From Halomicrobium mukohataei DSM 12286 (lineage in GTDB: Archaea; Halobacteriota; Halobacteria; Halobacteriales; Haloarculaceae), in assembly GCF_000023965.1 (NCBI RefSeq), contig NC_013202.1, positions 1,260,001 through 1,292,000 of the forward strand: DNA of 32,000 nucleotides, written 5' to 3'. Made by a program: the position numbers and the translations under genes. Within the stretch, counting starts at the first letter, position 1; every line of letters starts with the position of its first letter. Shown here piece by piece: positions 1-7,522 of the stretch. The notes under the pieces were generated by a model. It was not told the DNA's origin and did not search any database. It saw nothing but the letters and a program-made list of their open reading frames with translations.

Positions 1-1
1 C

Positions 2-244
2 GACCTCGACATCTACGTCCACCCGGATTACTGGGGAGAGGGTGTCGGAACGGCGCTGCTCGAACGGGGCCACCAGCACCTCGCCGACATCGAGACGACG
101 ACGATCCGCGACGAGGTGCTGGTGGCCAACGAGGTCGGGAACGCCTTCTACGAGAAGCACTTCGAGCGCGTGGGTCAACGGGCCGTCGAGTTCGACGGAA
201 TCGAGCGGACGGTCAACGTGTACGAGGCGAGCGTCGAGGGGTGA
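2..244 (+). CDS. GNAT family N-acetyltransferase, C-terminal fragment (open at window start)
   Basis: Frame-2 translation DLDIYVHPDYWGEGVGTALLERG...NAFYEKHFERVG...YEASVEG ends at TGA 242-244. The YWGEGVGTALL stretch resembles the GNAT acetyl-CoA-binding motif A. Confidence 0.6.
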   Translation, partial: DLDIYVHPDYWGEGVGTALLERGHQHLADIETTTIRDEVLVANEVGNAFYEKHFERVGQRAVEFDGIERTVNVYEASVEG

Positions 245-1792
245 TCAGCGGTCGCGCCACCGCATGAACCACGGGACGACAGTTTGTTCGCCCAGGACGG
301 TCAGCAGTCCAAGCGAGAGTCCCCACGCGAGGTGGGTCGTGAAGAACAGGGCCGTCACGTTCGGCAAGGGGGCTTCGATCCCGAGCAGTCGCAGCCAGAT
401 GGGAGCGACGACCCCCGCCGCGACGAGCCACAGTGCCAGTCCCCACCCGACGCCCACCGCGAGGCTCGCTAGCATCCGGTCACGGTACGACGGCGGCACG
501 AACGAGAGGAGGCTCGCGAAGACGAACCCGAAGACGACGCTGTGGAACTCGTGGGTGAGCCAGCCCACGACGGGGTCCGCCGCCCCGTAGAAGACGCCGA
601 TCCCGGCGACCGACCCGCCGAGGAACTCCGAGACGAGACCGTACGCGACGCCCGCCAAGAGCGACGCGACTATCGTGACTAGCAGGTTCGGCATTCCGGG
701 CCGGAGTCGGTTCGGGCGCGCCCGGTCGGCCGACGGCGTGCTCGACTCGACCGCCCGCGCGAGGACGACGGTAATCCAGGTCTCGCCGCCACTGCGCTCG
801 ACCTCGATCTCGCCGCCGTAGCTCTCGACGAGGAGCCGGACCACGTTGAGCCCGTACCCCATCCGCGGATCGTCGAACTCCTCGATGTCGCCCGTCTCGA
901 GCAGTCGCTCCTGGCTCTCCGGGAGTCCCTCGCCGTCGTCGACCACGCTGACTCGGGCGGTCTCTCGGGTCGACTCGACTTCGATCCGAGGCATCTCGTC
1001 GTCGGCGTGGACGACAGCGTTCCGGAGAAGTTGCCCAAACACGTCCGAGAGCCGTGCGTTTGCGCGCACTTCCAGGTCGTCTGGAGCGTCCGCTCGCACG
1101 ACGCTGGCGTCGGAGTATTCGTCCTCGATAGCCTCGACGCTCTCGGTGAGACGCGGTCCGAGATCGACGGGGGTGTTGACCGCCTGCCCGTCGCCGGCGT
1201 GTTTCGTGAGGTAGCTGACCTCTCCAACCGCCGCCTCGATGTCGTCGGCCCGCTCTGACACGATCTCACCGGCGTCGGGATTCTCGTCCTCCCGAGCAGT
1301 CCCGAACCCACGGATCGGCGTGAGGGCGTTGAGCACCTCGTGACGGAGCATCCGATTGAGGGTCACGAGGCGGTTCGTCTGCTGGCGGAGCACGGTTCGC
1401 TGTTGCCGGTTCCGCGCCGCGTAGAGGCCCGTGAGCGTGCCGCCGACGCTGCCGCCTATGAGGAAGGTTGCGAGCCGTCGCTCCGCCCGCACGGCCTCGA
1501 TCATCGACCCCTCGACGGCCGACCCCAGCAGCGTGAGGACGACGAGGACGGACATCCCGACGGTCCCGAGCACGCACCACAGTGCGACCGTCCGGACGAA
1601 CGAGCGGTCGGGGCCGACGACGCTCAGAGAGACTCCGAACGCCGACAGACCCAGCCCGAGCACGAGCGGGACGACCCCGGCTAGGTAGAACTGGAGCGGC
1701 TGTCCGTCGATCGCGAGGGTCACGGTAAAACGCGTGAGAAAGAACCCGATCCCGGCGATCAGGAGACCGCTGTAGTAGATGCGGGAGGTCAC
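245..1792 (-). CDS. Membrane sensor histidine kinase with an extra C-terminal 4-TM domain
   Basis: 515-aa ORF with a GTG start. It has four N-terminal TM helices, a HisKA-like LNRMLRHEVLNALTPIRG (phospho-His candidate), and a HATPase_c part (LLRNAVVHA...VVDDGEGLP...GYGLNVVRLLVESYGGEI). About 149 aa of four further TM helices (nt 245-694) follow. Confidence 0.85.
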   Translation of the reverse strand: MTSRIYYSGLLIAGIGFFLTRFTVTLAIDGQPLQFYLAGVVPLVLGLGLSAFGVSLSVVGPDRSFVRTVALWCVLGTVGMSVLVVLTLLGSAVEGSMIEAVRAERRLATFLIGGSVGGTLTGLYAARNRQQRTVLRQQTNRLVTLNRMLRHEVLNALTPIRGFGTAREDENPDAGEIVSERADDIEAAVGEVSYLTKHAGDGQAVNTPVDLGPRLTESVEAIEDEYSDASVVRADAPDDLEVRANARLSDVFGQLLRNAVVHADDEMPRIEVESTRETARVSVVDDGEGLPESQERLLETGDIEEFDDPRMGYGLNVVRLLVESYGGEIEVERSGGETWITVVLARAVESSTPSADRARPNRLRPGMPNLLVTIVASLLAGVAYGLVSEFLGGSVAGIGVFYGAADPVVGWLTHEFHSVVFGFVFASLLSFVPPSYRDRMLASLAVGVGWGLALWLVAAGVVAPIWLRLLGIEAPLPNVTALFFTTHLAWGLSLGLLTVLGEQTVVPWFMRWRDR

Positions 1793-1939
1793 GCGGCGTA
1801 CAAACTACTGGCGCTGTAAATAGTTCACCTAGCGACTCTCAGATGTGATACTCTCGCACACCGGAGACGGCGACGATGAACGACGTGGCCGGGACCGTTC
1901 GTGTGCGAATGACACTCGCTGTCGGTCGCTTTGACAGCG

Positions 1940-1945
1940 TTTAAA
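1940..1945 (+). promoter_or_regulatory. TATA-like box (TTTAAA) for the ychF-like gene, leaderless geometry
   Basis: TTTAAA is centred ~27 nt upstream of ATG 1970. A 7-bp hairpin (cgctgtc 1917-1923 / gacagcg 1933-1939) abuts it. Confidence 0.45.
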
Positions 1946-1969
1946 CGGCCGATTGGCGTGACTGTGTGC

Positions 1970-3157
1970 ATGAGCTTCGACGTCGGACTCGTCGGCAAAC
2001 CCTCTGTCGGCAAGTCCACTTTCTTCAACGCGGCGACGATGAACGACGTGCCGGAAGGGGCCTATCCCTTCACGACGATCGACCCCAGCGTCGGCGAGGC
2101 CTACGTTCGCGTCGAGTGTGCCGCCCCCGAGTTCGACCACACCTGCACGCCGAATCTCGGCTACTGCGAGGACGGCACCCGGTTCGTCCCGGTGCGTCTC
2201 GTCGACGTGGCCGGCCTCGTCCCCGGTGCCCACGAGGGTCGGGGACTGGGCAACCAGTTCCTCTCGGACCTCAACGAGGCCGACGTGTTGCTCCACGTCG
2301 TCGACTTCTCCGGGACGACCGACATCGAGGGCGAGCCCACCGAGGACCACGACCCTCGCGAGGACATCGACTTCCTCGAAGACGAACTGGACATGTGGTA
2401 CCTCGACGTGCTGGAGAAGGGCATCGAGCGCTATCGTTCCGGGTACCACGGCGAGGAGGCGGCCATCGAGGAGGACCTGGCGACCCAGATGGACGCGTTC
2501 CGGACCAACAAAGACGAGATCAAGCAGGTGATCCTCTCGCTGGATCTCGAACTGGACCCCGACACGTGGGACGACGAGGACCGCGAGGCACTCGCCCGCG
2601 AGATCCGCAAGCGCACCAAACCGATGGTGATCGCGGCCAACAAGATGGACACGCCCGCCGCCCAGGAGAACTTCGAGGAAATCACGGACGACCCCGACTA
2701 CGACCACCTGACGATCGTCCCGACCAGCGCCCACGCCGAGAAGGCGCTCAAGAACGGCGACGAACAGGGCGTCCTCGACTACCTGCCCGGCGACAGCGAG
2801 TTCGAAATCGTCGAGGACGTGCCCGGAGAGAAAGCGACCGCACTGGAGCAGATCAGCGAGTTCGTCGGCGAGTACGGCGGTACCGGCGTCCAGCAGGCCA
2901 TCGAGACGGCGCTGTTCGACGAGCTGGGCTCGATCGCCATCTTCCCCGGCGCGCGCAAGCCCCAGGAGGACGGCACCTTCCTGCAGGACTGCTTCGTGCT
3001 GGAAGACGGCGCGACCGCCGAGGACTTCGCGTACTTCCTGCACACCGACATCGGCGACGGCTTCCTGCACGCCCACGACGTTCGCAGCGGCCGCCAGATC
3101 GGTGCAGATACGGTGCTCGATCACCGAGACGTGGTCGAAATCACGACGACGAACTAG
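1970..3157 (+). CDS. ychF: YchF/OLA1-type P-loop GTPase/ATPase with a C-terminal TGS-like domain
   Basis: Starts [23 protein letters not shown] (G1 motif). YPFTTIDP is G2, VDVAGLV is G3 and AANKMD is G4. The C-terminal part is TGS-like ([26 protein letters not shown]). ATG 1970 is in frame inside the listed ORF 1931..3157. Confidence 0.9.
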   Translation: MSFDVGLVGKPSVGKSTFFNAATMNDVPEGAYPFTTIDPSVGEAYVRVECAAPEFDHTCTPNLGYCEDGTRFVPVRLVDVAGLVPGAHEGRGLGNQFLSDLNEADVLLHVVDFSGTTDIEGEPTEDHDPREDIDFLEDELDMWYLDVLEKGIERYRSGYHGEEAAIEEDLATQMDAFRTNKDEIKQVILSLDLELDPDTWDDEDREALAREIRKRTKPMVIAANKMDTPAAQENFEEITDDPDYDHLTIVPTSAHAEKALKNGDEQGVLDYLPGDSEFEIVEDVPGEKATALEQISEFVGEYGGTGVQQAIETALFDELGSIAIFPGARKPQEDGTFLQDCFVLEDGATAEDFAYFLHTDIGDGFLHAHDVRSGRQIGADTVLDHRDVVEITTTN

Positions 3158-3185
3158 GTCGCCGCGCGAACGGCGAGAATGAGTG

Positions 3186-3443
3186 TCAGTTCTCTTCGAT
3201 CGTGACGGTTTCGTCCTCGACGATGACGGTGTATCCCTCGTAGTCGAACGATATCCGTACCGTGGTCTCTGTGTGCGTCACCATCGCATCGAGTGCCTCT
3301 GGATCCACGACATCGTACAGTGGTGTCAGGTCCGTCGCGGCGACCCCTTCTCTCTCCGCGACGGCACGAACGACGTCTTCTGTCGTGGCTGGTGGATTAC
3401 GTGCGGTACTCTGATTCGGAACCTCTGATGTCATGCTGAGCAT
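3186..3443 (-). CDS. HalOD1 (halobacterial output domain 1) protein
   Basis: VVRAVAEREGVAATDLTPLYDVVDPEALDAMV...ISFDYEGYTVIVEDETVTI is the typical HalOD1 pattern. The start is uncertain: ATG 3443, ATG 3434 or GTG 3491. Confidence 0.75.
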   Translation of the reverse strand: MLSMTSEVPNQSTARNPPATTEDVVRAVAEREGVAATDLTPLYDVVDPEALDAMVTHTETTVRISFDYEGYTVIVEDETVTIEEN

Positions 3444-3540
3444 AGCTGATCGGTGTCGTGCCCTTCCCATCGGCACGGATAGTTCTGCCACTTTGGTGGA
3501 TGGGATAGCCCGGCGAGAAACTATTGCCTATGCTGAATGG

Positions 3541-4257
3541 TTAGTGACTTGCAGGCACACTGTCGTGTTCGTCGTCGGGCACTTCGAACAGCTCCAGTAA
3601 GAGCACTTCCAGCCCGCGATAGAGGTGCTGGCTGAAGGTCGGCTGCGAGATGCCCAGTGCGGCCGCACAGTCGCTCGCGGAGCTTCGGCGCGGCCAGGCC
3701 AGATAGCCACTCTGGACGGCCGCACGGACGGCGTCTCGCTGTTTCGTGGTCAGCGACGAGAGGTACCGTTCGGCCCCGACCGCACCCGTCACGGCGACGA
3801 GGTCGGCGTCGTCACGGTGCCACTTGGACAGCAGCGTCGCCCCCGCGTGCCGTCGGACCACCGCGTCAACGACGGTGCTCGGGTCGGCGTCGTGGGACAC
3901 CTCGACGACGACCATCCCCGTCCCGCCGTCTGCGACGCTTCGCCTGACGACGGCGTGGACCGTCGCCAGCGTGCAGTGGATGCACTCTTCGCTGTCGGCG
4001 ACGACCTCCAGTAGACAGGTGTCGCCGTCCGAGCGGACGATCCGGGTCGATCTGACGCCTGGCAACGACTGCGCGACGCGTTTCGTCTCCGACGGCGTCG
4101 CTGCGACGGTGTAGTACCGTAACACGTCGCCGTCGTCCCGGTGTATCACGTCCTCGTTGACGACGCGACAGTCGAGTTCGTCCGACATCGCGACGAGGAA
4201 GTGCTCCGGATCGCGCAGCTCGAACTTCAGCTCGACCGTAGCCCGCTCCGTGTCCAT
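3541..4257 (-). CDS. Bat-type HTH_10 domain transcription regulator
   Basis: The C-terminus LTTKQRDAVRAAVQSGYLAWPRRSSASDCAAALGISQPTFSQHLYRGLEVLL matches the HTH_10 / bacterio-opsin activator DNA-binding domain. ATG start at 4257. Confidence 0.85.
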   Translation of the reverse strand: MDTERATVELKFELRDPEHFLVAMSDELDCRVVNEDVIHRDDGDVLRYYTVAATPSETKRVAQSLPGVRSTRIVRSDGDTCLLEVVADSEECIHCTLATVHAVVRRSVADGGTGMVVVEVSHDADPSTVVDAVVRRHAGATLLSKWHRDDADLVAVTGAVGAERYLSSLTTKQRDAVRAAVQSGYLAWPRRSSASDCAAALGISQPTFSQHLYRGLEVLLLELFEVPDDEHDSVPASH

Positions 4258-4306
4258 ACCTCAGCATCCACGGTCGGCTACTAATTCATAATTGACGTAC
4301 CTAGGC

Positions 4307-4335
4307 ATTAACGGGAGTAAGGAGGGATTAACGGG
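4307..4335. promoter_or_regulatory. Direct repeat ATTAACGGG x2 (20-nt period) upstream of the Bat-type regulator promoter
   Basis: ATTAACGGG occurs at 4307-4315 and 4327-4335. It lies in an AT-richer spacer between the cysK stop (4341) and the HTH_10 gene start (4257). Confidence 0.35.
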
Positions 4336-4340
4336 GCGGT

Positions 4341-5273
4341 CTACTCGAACAGGTCGGTCGACAGATACCGCTCGCCGGTGTCCGGGAGGACGACGACGAC
4401 GGTCTCGTCGGGGTGCTCGCGGGCGTACTCGACGGCGACGCCGAGGGCCGCACCGGCGGAGATTCCGACGAGGACGCCCTCCTCGTGGCCGAGTCGCCGG
4501 CTCCACTCGCGGGCGTCGTCCGACGTGATCGTCCGGACCTCGTCGAGCAGGTCCCGTCGCAACACGTCGGGGACGAAACCGGGGCCGATCCCCTGAATGT
4601 CGTGGCTGTCCGGATCGTCGGCCGAGAGGAGCCGCGAGGAGTCGGGTTCGACGGCCACCGAGGTCACGGAGGTCTTGCCCCGATCCTCTTTGAGGTGTTC
4701 GGAGACGCCGGTGATCGTGCCGCCGGTGCCGACCCCGGCGACGACGGCGTCGACGCTGCCGTCGGTCGCGTCCCAGATCTCTGGGCCGGTCGTCTCACGG
4801 TGTGCGCTGGGGTTGGCCTCGTTCTCGAACTGGCGGGCTCGGACGGCGTCGTCGGCCTCGGCCAGCTCGTCGGCACGTTCGATCGCGCCGCCCATGCCGT
4901 CCTCGGCCGGGGTCAGTTCGAGGTCGGCACCGAGGGCCCGCAACAGTCGACGGCGTTCCTCGCTCATCGACGCCGGCATCGTCAGCACGCAGTCGTAGCC
5001 GTTGGCCGCACAGACCGCTGCCAGCCCGATCCCGGTGTTCCCGCTGGTCGCCTCGACGACGGTGCCGTCCGCTGACAGCGCACCGCACTCGCGTGCGGCC
5101 TCGACCATCGCCAGCGCGATGCGGTCCTTGACCGAGTAGGGGTTCGACGATTCGAGCTTGCCGTACAGGTTCGACGCAAACGAGTCGAGCCACAACAGCG
5201 GCGTCTCACCGACGAGATCGGTGACGCGCTCTGCCGCGGCTACTCGTTCGACGGTGTCTCCAGCAGCGGTCAT
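4341..5273 (-). CDS. cysK: Cysteine synthase A / O-acetylserine sulfhydrylase (PLP-dependent)
   Basis: GETPLLWLD...ESSNPYSVKDRIALAM contains the PLP-lysine motif SVKDR. TSGNTGIGLA and GVGTGGTITG loops are present. ATG at 5273. Confidence 0.93.
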   Translation of the reverse strand: MTAAGDTVERVAAAERVTDLVGETPLLWLDSFASNLYGKLESSNPYSVKDRIALAMVEAARECGALSADGTVVEATSGNTGIGLAAVCAANGYDCVLTMPASMSEERRRLLRALGADLELTPAEDGMGGAIERADELAEADDAVRARQFENEANPSAHRETTGPEIWDATDGSVDAVVAGVGTGGTITGVSEHLKEDRGKTSVTSVAVEPDSSRLLSADDPDSHDIQGIGPGFVPDVLRRDLLDEVRTITSDDAREWSRRLGHEEGVLVGISAGAALGVAVEYAREHPDETVVVVLPDTGERYLSTDLFE

Positions 5274-5388
5274 GCACTCGCAGTTGGACGGCGACGACGC
5301 TGAGTTGTCCCCCTCCGTACTGAGGTGGTTGAACTCGCGTCTCGTGTGTCGGTTAACTCGGTTCCGAGTCCGGGCACATTTATATCCA

Positions 5389-5538
5389 ATGAACGATTAT
5401 GAAGAACTGATGCCACAGATCACGGTCTCAGACCAGCTGTACCGCAAGCTCGAAGAAGCCACGGAGGACCGGGACACAGAGGACGCGATGTGGGAGATGG
5501 TGTACCGCTTCGATCGCGGCAACAACCCCTCTGAGTGA
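5389..5538 (+). CDS. Small acidic protein, possibly ribbon-helix-helix-like (start may be ATG 5410)
   Basis: Translation is MNDYEELMPQITVSDQLYRKLEEATEDRDTEDAMWEMVYRFDRGNNPSE. A TTTATAT box at 5379-5385 sits ~27 nt before ATG 5410, which favours a 42-aa leaderless product starting MPQITVSD. Confidence 0.5.
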   Translation: MNDYEELMPQITVSDQLYRKLEEATEDRDTEDAMWEMVYRFDRGNNPSE

Positions 5539-5539
5539 G

Positions 5540-5614
5540 ACTGCCGGCAGTCGCTGTTTCGAGCTATCCGCGAGCCCGGCGTCGCGAGACGCTTCGGGGC
5601 GTACAGCCGACACA
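5540..5614 (+). repeat. Copy 1 of a ~75-nt palindromic repeat family (CTGCCGGCAG-type termini, apical TCGCGA hairpin)
   Basis: Sequence gaCTGCCGGCAGTCGCTGTTTCGAGCTATCCGCGAGCCCGGCGTCGCGAGACGCTTCGGGGCGTACAGCCGACAC. It starts 2 nt after stop TGA 5536-5538 and aligns with the copies at 9002 and 11828. Confidence 0.75.
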
Positions 5615-5649
5615 CGGGACGACCGGCCGGTCTCCGATCCCGATCGGAC

Positions 5650-6354
5650 CTACGCCCCGGGCGCGTCGAGGACCGCGGGTGAGTCGTTGCTGGGATCGTT
5701 GACCGCCGTCGAGACCGGACGGGCCGCGAGTTCGCCGTCGTAGGGCTCCAGCAGGGCGCGGCGCTCGTCGTCGTCGCCGTGGAGCCAGATCGCTTCTTCG
5801 CCCGGATCGAGGATCACGGACATCCGGTGGTGTAGCTCGCGGACGAACTCGTTGGGCTCGGTCGTCAGGACGGTGAACGTCTCGACGGTCGTCGCCTCGT
5901 CGTGTTCGCCGTCCGTCCGCGTCCCGAACTCGCCGAGTCCGGTCTGTCGCTGTGGCGGCCGCCATCGTTCCCACAGCCCCGCCATCGCGAAGGGGCGCTG
6001 ATCGTCCCTGGTGACCCGATACGGCTGCTTCTCGGTTCCCTCCTCTCGCCACTCGTAGAAGCCGTCCGCGGGCACCAGACACCGGCGTTGCTCGTAGGCC
6101 TCGGCGAAGCTTCGCTTCTCGGTGACCGTCTCTGCGCGAGCGTTGATGAACTCGAACTCGCCCCGGTCGTCGGCCCACGACGGGATCAGACCCCACTCCA
6201 TCCGCTGGATCGTCCCGGGCTCGTCGGCGGTGATCACCGGAAGCGACTGACGGGGCGCGGCGTTGTACCGCGGCTCGTACGCTTGGGCGAAGGTCGCGCC
6301 GAAGCGCTCTTCGATGTCCTCGCGTGGCGCGAACAGACTGTAGCGACCGCACAT
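5650..6354 (-). CDS. SOS response-associated peptidase (SRAP / YedK / HMCES family)
   Basis: The N-terminus MCGRYSLF carries the invariant Cys2. The protein is 234 aa with WGLIPSWA and FYEW motifs typical of SRAP. Confidence 0.92.
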   Translation of the reverse strand: MCGRYSLFAPREDIEERFGATFAQAYEPRYNAAPRQSLPVITADEPGTIQRMEWGLIPSWADDRGEFEFINARAETVTEKRSFAEAYEQRRCLVPADGFYEWREEGTEKQPYRVTRDDQRPFAMAGLWERWRPPQRQTGLGEFGTRTDGEHDEATTVETFTVLTTEPNEFVRELHHRMSVILDPGEEAIWLHGDDDERRALLEPYDGELAARPVSTAVNDPSNDSPAVLDAPGA

Positions 6355-6491
6355 ACCCAGACGTGGGGCCGACCGCGTCTAATACTGTCGGCTGGCCGCG
6401 AGCACGTCTCCACACCGGGATCCCGAACCGCTTCGCGACGCTCCGGCCGACCGTATCGCCCACACCGAGCCGGCTGGGCGTCGCCGACCGA

Positions 6492-6764
6492 TCACTCCGA
6501 ATCCAGGGCCGCTGCGATCGCCTCCAGCTCTGCCTTCCGGAAGGCCCGGTCGGTCCGCTCTACGGTCTCCGTCTCGCCGATCTCGCGGCGAATGCCGCCG
6601 CGCATCTCTCCTTTCGGTGGGAGCCGGTCCGTGTCGATCTCGTATCCCACTGCCTCACAGATCGCGGCCAGGGCCTCTTTCGTGAAAGCCGTGGATTCGA
6701 CGCGCTCGTAGCGGTCGACGGCGACCCGAATCTCGTTGCGTAGCTCGTCGACGGTCGGTGCCAT
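6492..6764 (-). CDS. Conserved-looking acidic hypothetical protein
   Basis: Translation is MAPTVDELRNEIRVAVDRYERVESTAFTKEALAAICEAVGYEIDTDRLPPKGEMRGGIRREIGE.... ATG 6764 is preferred over GTG 6821. Composition is haloarchaeal. Confidence 0.6.
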   Translation of the reverse strand: MAPTVDELRNEIRVAVDRYERVESTAFTKEALAAICEAVGYEIDTDRLPPKGEMRGGIRREIGETETVERTDRAFRKAELEAIAAALDSE

Positions 6765-6851
6765 AGCTCCCACCGAGAGTGGCTCCGGCCTATCCGTTTC
6801 GGTTCTCACGCGACCGACCACGTCTGTGACGAGACGGCTCCCGGTAAGGTA

Positions 6852-7023
6852 GTGTTTCGTTTAGCAGCGACTGCCGGGAGCGAGATGTCGAAAGCCCTCG
6901 GCACGCTCGACGGCGGCTGCGTCGGATATCCTCGCTCGCGCTCGGATAGGGCCGACGCAGCCGCCACGAGGCGCGCCTCGCCCTTTCGACGTGTACACTG
7001 CTTCCGATCGCTTAACTAAACAC
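6852..7023. repeat. 172-nt imperfect palindrome (long nested hairpin) in a divergent intergenic region
   Basis: Outer arms are gtgtttcgtttagc (6852-) and gcttaactaaacac (-7023). Middle arms are gtcgaaag 6887-6894 and ctttcgac 6983-6990. A perfect 14-bp core stem pairs ggcggctgcgtcgg 6912-6925 with ccgacgcagccgcc 6952-6965. All arms share one symmetry centre near 6938. Confidence 0.8.
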
Positions 7024-7044
7024 GATCCCCCGTAACGGGCGCGA

Positions 7045-7050
7045 TTTTAA
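7045..7050 (+). promoter_or_regulatory. TATA-like box (TTTTAA) for the 7078 gene
   Basis: The box in gcgATTTTAAGccc is centred ~30 nt upstream of ATG 7078. Confidence 0.45.
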
Positions 7051-7077
7051 GCCCGATCGGGCCTTACCTGGCGGTAG

Positions 7078-7485
7078 ATGACGGGCGATCCCTCGTTTGC
7101 GATTCCGGCACGGCCGCGGCGGCGCTACCCTTCCAGCGGCGGAGTCGAGTACGAGGGCCAGACGATGTTTCGGCTCGAACCGGCGACCGACGTGTCACAG
7201 ACGGCACTCGGCCGACTGGTCGAGAGCGTCCTCGCGGACGGCCCCTACCGTTCGGGGGCGTTCATCGAACTCCCGATGCCGCTGTGGCTGGTTCGAGACG
7301 AGGACAGCGCCGACGTGTTCCGCGTCTCGATCCGAGACGGCTGTGTCCGTCTCCACGTCCTGCCAGAGACGGGATCGGAGGGGCTGCGACGCTTCTACGA
7401 CCGACTCGTCGCGGCCGGCGACTGCGCGTGGGCCGTCGACTGTCGGTCCGACATCGCGGACGGTCCCGGTTACGAAGGCGGGTAA
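7078..7485 (+). CDS. Hypothetical protein, co-directional with the TIGR00300 gene
   Basis: 135-aa ORF (...MFRLEPATDVSQTALGRLVESVLADGPYRSGAFIELPMPLWLVRDEDSADVFRVSIRDGCVRLHVLPE...). A TATA box lies ~30 nt upstream. An alternative start is ATG 7165. Confidence 0.55.
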   Translation: MTGDPSFAIPARPRRRYPSSGGVEYEGQTMFRLEPATDVSQTALGRLVESVLADGPYRSGAFIELPMPLWLVRDEDSADVFRVSIRDGCVRLHVLPETGSEGLRRFYDRLVAAGDCAWAVDCRSDIADGPGYEGG

Positions 7486-7522
7486 CACAACTGTCTTGAC
7501 GACCAGGACCGTCGGTCCGTGC

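Noticed and set aside
1829-3124. Long antisense or alternate-frame ORFs overlapping real genes. Examples: 1829..3124(-), 1966..3243(+), 7262..8830(-), 7519..8820(+), 10016..11503(+), the 5' part of 11698..14733(+), 14566..16329(-), 18726..19763(+), 21556..23661(+), 21626..22990(-), 24883..26442(-), 26369..27406(-), 27294..28193(-).
   Set aside because: Their translations are Arg/Pro/Gly/Ala-rich and basic with no recognisable motifs. The opposite or alternate frame encodes acidic proteins with clear family signatures. These are typical shadow ORFs of high-GC DNA.
3739-3760. tcgctgtttcg inside the HTH_10 gene, matching part of the repeat consensus.
   Set aside because: It is an 11-nt match inside a well-supported coding frame, without the flanking palindrome or hairpin. 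Likely coincidence.
6822-7077. Possible tRNA, SRP RNA or RNase P RNA in the structured intergenic region.
   Set aside because: There is no cloverleaf-compatible arrangement, no conserved T-loop (GTTCRANYC-like) or SRP/RNase P motifs that I can recognise. The symmetry is a simple long palindrome.
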